From the NCBI GenBank assembly GCA_031459875.1, contig JAVKHQ010000055.1:1-11961 (forward strand): DNA of 11,961 bases. Reading direction: 5' to 3'. The notes below the pieces were generated by a model that saw nothing but the letters and a program-made list of their open reading frames with translations, did no database searches and was not told the origin of the DNA. Origin of the DNA: Candidatus Fervidifonticultor sextus. Lineage in GTDB: Bacteria > Sysuimicrobiota > Sysuimicrobiia > Sysuimicrobiales > Humicultoraceae. This document shows positions 7,623 through 11,961 of the stretch, in pieces (position 1 is the stretch's first letter; the number at the start of each line of letters is the position of its first letter). Position numbers and translations under genes: made by a program.

Positions 7623-8495
7623 ATGGCCACGTCGGTCAGCGTCTTCGGACTGGGCATCATGGGCCGTCCTGTGGCCCGCACCCTGGTCGCCCGCGGCTTC
7701 GACGTGCGGGGGTGGAACCGCTCGGCGCTGCCGGCCGATCTGGTCGAGGGGATTCCGCTCGCCCCGTCCCTGGAGGAAGCCGCCCGCGCCGAGGTCCTGC
7801 TGCTGATGCTCGCCGACTCGGACGCGGTGGACGCGGTGCTCGGCCGCCTAGACCCGACGCTGCGGCCCGGCCACCTGGTACTGGACATGGGATCGTCGGA
7901 CCCCTTGCGCTCGGAAGCCCACGCGCGCCGGCTCGCCGCCCGGGGCATTGGCTGGGTGGATGCGCCGGTCTCCGGCGGTCCGGAAGGCGCCGCGGCCGGA
8001 TCGCTGGCCATCATGGCCGGCGGTGACCCGGAGGATTTCGCCCGCGCCAGGCCCGTCCTCGAGGCGCTGGGCGGCAACGTCGTCCGCGTGGGCGGCCCGG
8101 GCGCCGGGCACACCGTCAAGATCATCAACCAGTTGATCGTCGGGCTCACCATCGAGGCCGTGGCCGAGGCCCTGACGCTGGCCGAGCGGTCCGGGATCGA
8201 CCCGCGCCTCGTCCAGCAGGCCCTGCGCGGCGGGTTCGCCGACTCCAAGATCCTGCAGATCCACGGCACCCGCATGATCCACCGGGCCTACGTCCCGGGC
8301 GGGAAGGTGACGACGCAGCTCAAGGACCTGCGGCTGGCGCTGGCTCTGGCCGCGCGCCTGGGGCTACGGCTGCCCCACCTGGAGAGCGCCGCGGCGCGCT
8401 ACGACGCCCTGGTCAGGCAGGGCGACGGGGAGCTGGACCACTCCGCGCTGCACAAGCTGCTCTGGCAGGAGCACGGCGGCGCCACCGACCCATAG
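7623..8495 (+). CDS. NAD(P)-dependent beta-hydroxyacid dehydrogenase (2-hydroxy-3-oxopropionate reductase / 3-hydroxyisobutyrate dehydrogenase family)
   Basis: GLGIMG Rossmann motif, WNRS, DAPVSGG, catalytic KIINQ, KDL. Start set at ATG 7623 with SD GGGAGGG upstream. Confidence 0.92.
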   Translation: MATSVSVFGLGIMGRPVARTLVARGFDVRGWNRSALPADLVEGIPLAPSLEEAARAEVLLLMLADSDAVDAVLGRLDPTLRPGHLVLDMGSSDPLRSEAHARRLAARGIGWVDAPVSGGPEGAAAGSLAIMAGGDPEDFARARPVLEALGGNVVRVGGPGAGHTVKIINQLIVGLTIEAVAEALTLAERSGIDPRLVQQALRGGFADSKILQIHGTRMIHRAYVPGGKVTTQLKDLRLALALAARLGLRLPHLESAAARYDALVRQGDGELDHSALHKLLWQEHGGATDP

Positions 8496-8554
8496 CGCCG
8501 TGACGGGGCGGGCGGGGGCGCCGGCGACCCGTAGGCCGTGACGGGTCGGGCGGG
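8478..8554 (+). repeat. Degenerate tandem duplication (39/38 bp) spanning the dehydrogenase stop codon
   Basis: GGCGCCacCGACCCaTAGcGCCGTGACGGGgCGGGCGGG (8478-8516) versus GGCGCCggCGACCCgTAG-GCCGTGACGGGtCGGGCGGG (8517-8554): 4 mismatches and 1 indel. Confidence 0.8.
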
Positions 8555-8598
8555 AGCGTGGGATACTGGGGCCAAAGAGTGATCGGGAGGCCTCCTCG

Positions 8599-8814
8599 AT
8601 GCGCCTCAGCGTCGCCCTCGTCGTCATCGCAGCCGCCCTCCTGGTGGCGGTGAGCACGGTGGTCCACGGCGGGCTCTACCAAGTGGTCAGCGCCGGCCCC
8701 GAAAGCGCCTACCTGGTGCACCGGCTGACCGGACGGATCTGGTTCATCACGGGGACGACCTCGCACCCGGTGCGGGCCGCCCCGCCGGAGACGGAGAAGG
8801 ACTTCCGGAAGTAG
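8599..8814 (+). CDS. Small hypothetical exported or membrane-anchored protein (71 aa)
   Basis: SD GGGAGG 8585-8590. Hydrophobic N-terminus MRLSVALVVIAAALLVAVS followed by a small beta-rich domain (YQVV...AYLVHRLTGRIW). Confidence 0.7.
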   Translation: MRLSVALVVIAAALLVAVSTVVHGGLYQVVSAGPESAYLVHRLTGRIWFITGTTSHPVRAAPPETEKDFRK

Positions 8815-8998
8815 GGCGGACGGATCTGACTCCCCGCTGGCCTTGCACGGAAAGGGGTCGCAGACAGCGGGACGAGCCGGCGGTGGAACCGGAGGACGGC
8901 CCGGGCGTCGACGGACTCGGCCTCCTCCCTTACTGCCCAGCGCGTCGAAGGACCGGCCTCGCGCGGGCCACGTCTCCCGGCGCCCCGCCAACCATGAA

Positions 8999-9064
8999 CT
9001 GGTGACCCAGGGCGACGGCGATCTCCATCACTCGGCACCGCACAAGCTGCTCTGGCAGGGATGA
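8999..9064 (+). pseudogene. Orphan diverged copy of the dehydrogenase 3' end
   Basis: 8999-9059 matches 8409-8469 at 50 of 61 nt, with the last 20 nt identical. LVTQGDGDLHHSAPHKLLWQG* versus LVRQGDGELDHSALHKLLWQE. Confidence 0.8.
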
Positions 9065-9075
9065 CCGGCCGCCTC

Positions 9076-9115
9076 TTGTAGCGCAGAGCCAACGGGTTAG
9101 ACTAGACTAGACTAA
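9076..9115 (+). promoter_or_regulatory. Toxin-antitoxin promoter/operator: (TAGAC)x3 quasi-palindrome over the -10 box
   Basis: TTGTAG (9076-9081), 16-nt spacer, TAGACT (9098-9103). TTAGACTAGACTAGACTAA (9097-9115) is both a 5-bp tandem repeat and a near-palindrome. Confidence 0.55.
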
Positions 9116-9135
9116 ATTCAGGTTGGGGGCGTGGT

Positions 9136-9372
9136 ATGAGGACGGTCAACGTTCACCAGGCCAAGACACATCTCTCGCGCCTGCTGGACGACGTGAGCAC
9201 TGGGGAAGAAATCGTCCTGGCCAAAGCCGGCAGGCCCGTCGCCCGCCTGTCGCCAATCCAGGGTGCGTCGCGACGGCGCCTCGGTGCCCTCCGCGGCCGC
9301 TTCACCGTGCCCGTAGACTTTGACGCCCCGCTGCCAGAGCGGGTGCTCGCCGCCTTCGAGGGCCGCCGCTAG
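9136..9372 (+). CDS. Type II antitoxin, Phd/YefM family
   Basis: MRTVNVHQAKTHLSRLLDDVSTGEEIVLAKAGRPVARL...RRLGALRG...DFDAPLPE is a classic Phd-type antitoxin of the kind paired with PIN toxins. Confidence 0.93.
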   Translation: MRTVNVHQAKTHLSRLLDDVSTGEEIVLAKAGRPVARLSPIQGASRRRLGALRGRFTVPVDFDAPLPERVLAAFEGRR

Positions 9373-9803
9373 TGCGCTTCTTGCTGGACACCCGCGTGCT
9401 CCTGTGGGCCCTCGCCGAACCCGGGCGCCTGGCACGATCGGTCCGTGCCCGGCTGGAATCGCCCGAGAACGAAGTGCTCTTCAGCGCCGCGAGCATCTGG
9501 GAGATCGCTGTCAAGGCGCGCATCGGACGGCTGAAGCTCGCGGTCACGCCCGACGAGATTGCCGTCGCCGCGGTGCGCACGGGTTTCCGCGAGCTCCCGG
9601 TGCGTGCCGCCCACGCCGCCGGGGTTGTCGCGTTGCCCGCACACCACCGGGATTCCTTCGATCATCTGCTCATCGTGCAGGCGATGCACGAGCCTGCCCG
9701 CCTGTTCACCGTGGACCGTCAGCTGCTGCCCTATTCCGATCTGGTGGAGTTGATCCAGAAGGGATCTCCGGGTGAAACGAGTGACCTTTTTGAGGTAGAA
9801 TGA
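9372..9803 (+). CDS. vapC: Type II toxin, VapC/PIN-domain ribonuclease
   Basis: LLDT, SAASIWEIAVK, HHRDSFDHLLIVQA and LFTVD retain the acidic tetrad. The GTG start overlaps the antitoxin TAG. Confidence 0.92.
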   Translation: MRFLLDTRVLLWALAEPGRLARSVRARLESPENEVLFSAASIWEIAVKARIGRLKLAVTPDEIAVAAVRTGFRELPVRAAHAAGVVALPAHHRDSFDHLLIVQAMHEPARLFTVDRQLLPYSDLVELIQKGSPGETSDLFEVE

Positions 9804-9806
9804 GGC

Positions 9807-9882
9807 GGGCCCGTAGCTCAGTGGATAGAGCAGGGGACTCCTAAGCCTCTGGTCGGGGGTTCGATTCCCTCCGGGCCCGCCA
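9807..9882 (+). tRNA. tRNA-Arg(CCT)
   Basis: Acceptor GGGCCCG/CGGGCCC, D-arm GCTC-AGTGGATA-GAGC, anticodon loop CTCCTAA, T-arm GGGGG-TTCGATT-CCCTC, discriminator G and encoded CCA; 76 nt. Confidence 0.95.
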
Positions 9883-10154
9883 AGGCAGTTAGAACTCGGG
9901 GTCGGGTCTCCCCACCCATCGCAGAACCGAGCGAGAAAGCCCCTGCTCACCCCCGACGAACTCGACGCCGTTACCACCATCGCGGTGGCCATCGCCCGCC
10001 TGTCGCGCCGGACGGCCACGTCCGGCGTGGCCATCTGGTGTTCGCTCGCGCGTTCTTCTGTGAACTGCGCGCGCTCGCCAGCAACCGCGACGCCCGGAGT
10101 GTCGCAGACCTCGACACCGCGCAGGACCTGGCGTCACTGGGCACGTGAACGGCC

Positions 10155-11771
10155 TTAGGCCGCCGCGTGCGGCTGGCCCCGTCGCAGGATACGGCCAGCG
10201 GCGAGGCCGGTGTCCTGCCCCTCGTCGATCACCGCCCGGCCGTTGACGATCACGTGCGATACCCCGGCGCAGAACTGATGCGGATCTTCGAACGTAGCGC
10301 GGTCGGCCACCTGCGCAGGATCGAAGATCACCAGGTCGGCGACGCATCCCGGCCGGATGAGCCCGCGGCCCACGCAGCCCAGGCGCTGCGCCGGCAGCGA
10401 GGTCATCTTGCGCACGGCGTCCTCGAGGCGAAGCACGCCGTCCTGGCGTACATACTTGCCCAGGACGCGCGCGTAGGTGCCATAACTGCGGGGATGGGGC
10501 TTTCCGCCGGATGCCGGGTGCAGCGTCCAGCCGTCGCTGGCGATGGCGACGGCCGGATGCCGCATCACCCGCCTCACGTCGTCCTCCGACATGGAGAACA
10601 CGATCATCTGGATGCCGCCGCGTTCGGCCTCGAGCAGGCGCAGCGCCGCATCCACGGGCTCTAGGTTCCAGGCGGCCGCGATCTCGCCGAGCCAGCGGCC
10701 CTCGAACGGCTTGTGGGGCCCGTCGGGTATCTGGCTGATCATGATCGAGGCCGGATCGAACTCGCGGGCGGGAGCGCGTGCGTCGTCGCCGCCAGCACCC
10801 AAGATCTCCGTCCGGATGCGAGCCCGCAGGGCCGGGTCGCGAAGACGGTGCTGCAGGCCGTCCAGACCTCCTTCCAGGGCCCAGGCGGGCACGATGGCAG
10901 CCAGGGTGGTGCTGCCCGCGGTGTAGGGGTACTGGTCCGCCAGCACGTCCATCCCTTCGGCCCGGGCGGCGTCGATCATGGCCAGCGTGGCCTCAACCCG
11001 GCCCCAGTTGCGACGGCCCGAGGCCTTGTGGTGGCTCAACTGTACGGGCACGCCGGCGCGCCGGCCGACCGTCAGCGCCTCGTTGACGGCCGGGACGAGG
11101 GTGTCGCCTTCCCCGCGAATGTGGCTCGAGTAGAACCCGCCGTACCTCGCCACAACGTCGGCGAGGGCCACCAGCTCGTCGGTGCCAGCATAGCATCCGG
11201 GGACGTAGATCAACCCCGAGGAGAGAGCGAAGGCGCCCTGCTCCATGGCGTCGGCGACCATCCGCTGCATCGTGCCCAGCTCTTGCGCCGTGGGATCGCG
11301 GGCGTCGAATCCCATGGCCGCGATCCGCACGGCCCCGTGCCCGACCTGCAGGGCGACGTTGCACCCTAGGGGCAGCGTCTCCAGGTGCGAGGCGTACCCG
11401 GCCGCGTCGGTCCACGTCCAGCTCAGGCCCGCGTCCAGGAACGCCGCGTACGGCCGCAGGAGGTCGAGCCGCGACGGCTCGACGGGAAACGGCGAGAAGC
11501 CGCAGTTGCCCACCAGCTGCGTGGTCACGCCCTGTCTGACCATGGCGTCCGCCCGCGGGAAACGGGGCAGCGTGAAGTCCGAATGGGTGTGAAGGTCGAT
11601 GAAGCCCGGCGCCACCACCGCGCCGTCGGCGTCGATCACCCGTCGGGCCGAGGCACCTCTGAGGTCACCAAGACTCGCGATCCACTCCCCTGCCACTCCC
11701 ACGTCGCCGCAAAACCACGGGTTTCCCGTCCCGTCGACGATGTGGCCCCCCCGGATGAGCAGATCGAACAC
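10155..11771 (-). CDS. N-acyl-D-amino-acid deacylase (D-aminoacylase, amidohydrolase family)
   Basis: Motifs GGHIVDGTG, APGFIDLHTHSD, QGVTTQLVGNCG, SHIRGEG, SHHKA, DQYPYTAGST, IASDG, HPRSYGT and KMTSLPA. SD GGGAGGGG upstream of the GTG. Confidence 0.93.
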   Translation of the reverse strand: MFDLLIRGGHIVDGTGNPWFCGDVGVAGEWIASLGDLRGASARRVIDADGAVVAPGFIDLHTHSDFTLPRFPRADAMVRQGVTTQLVGNCGFSPFPVEPSRLDLLRPYAAFLDAGLSWTWTDAAGYASHLETLPLGCNVALQVGHGAVRIAAMGFDARDPTAQELGTMQRMVADAMEQGAFALSSGLIYVPGCYAGTDELVALADVVARYGGFYSSHIRGEGDTLVPAVNEALTVGRRAGVPVQLSHHKASGRRNWGRVEATLAMIDAARAEGMDVLADQYPYTAGSTTLAAIVPAWALEGGLDGLQHRLRDPALRARIRTEILGAGGDDARAPAREFDPASIMISQIPDGPHKPFEGRWLGEIAAAWNLEPVDAALRLLEAERGGIQMIVFSMSEDDVRRVMRHPAVAIASDGWTLHPASGGKPHPRSYGTYARVLGKYVRQDGVLRLEDAVRKMTSLPAQRLGCVGRGLIRPGCVADLVIFDPAQVADRATFEDPHQFCAGVSHVIVNGRAVIDEGQDTGLAAGRILRRGQPHAAA

Positions 11772-11866
11772 GGCAGTCCCCTCCCTAGTGCACCGTGGCC
11801 CAAGTTCGGCGAGAGTACCATTCGTGCATGGTGTGCCTTGTGAATGACCACTGAAATGGATGTGCG

Positions 11867-11880
11867 TGCAACCGATTGTA
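11867..11880. promoter_or_regulatory. LacI-family / cre-like operator candidate upstream of the D-aminoacylase
   Basis: TGCAACCGATTGTA fits TGnAAnCGnTTnCA with one mismatch, in a lower-GC intergenic stretch. Confidence 0.4.
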
Positions 11881-11961
11881 CTCGCGTAGCGAGCGGTAGA
11901 GATGTTGTGATCAATGCCTGACGGCTTTCGCTCACACGATCACGCAGGTAGCGTCGGCTGA

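Noticed and set aside
6290..8275. Long antisense and alternate-frame ORFs (661 aa here; also 411..1715, 2974..4347, 4819..5973, 1872..2660 and others)
   Set aside because: Shadow ORFs expected in high-GC DNA opposite well-supported genes; no recognisable motifs.
8843..9064. 73-aa ORF as a real gene
   Set aside because: Only the last ~22 codons are meaningful (the duplicated dehydrogenase tail). The rest is low-complexity, with a TTG start and no clear SD.
9883..10154. Integrative element or excisionase remnant after the tRNA (KPLLTPDEL-like peptide; hairpin CGCCGGACG-GCCA-CGTCCGGCG at 10006-10027)
   Set aside because: I saw no integrase, no duplicated tRNA 3' end in the window and no start codon or SD for the peptide. 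The hairpin lacks a U-tract.

Overview
GC-rich bacterial chromosomal window. In order: the 3' end of an opine (octopine/nopaline) dehydrogenase-family gene coupled to an M24 Xaa-Pro peptidase; a minus-strand scar (PAS/HisKA fragment joined to the C-terminus of a PilX-like protein) downstream of a clear c-di-GMP-I riboswitch with two tandem terminators; and, diverging from it, a candidate RRNPP-type peptide-signalling module. That module is an unannotated 44-aa secreted propeptide with a strong SD and a sigmaH-like promoter, an XRE-HTH/TPR receptor, and a small HExxH ImmA/IrrE-like metallopeptidase. Then follow a possible rod-shaped ncRNA, AmmeMemoRadiSam protein B, a CBS-CBS-GGDEF diguanylate cyclase, a beta-hydroxyacid dehydrogenase whose 3' end is duplicated around a small inserted gene, a Phd/VapC toxin-antitoxin pair, tRNA-Arg(CCT) and a minus-strand D-aminoacylase. 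The best novelty candidate is the peptide-receptor-protease module, which sits back-to-back with a c-di-GMP riboswitch and close to a diguanylate cyclase. All family calls come from motif recognition by eye; no searches were run.
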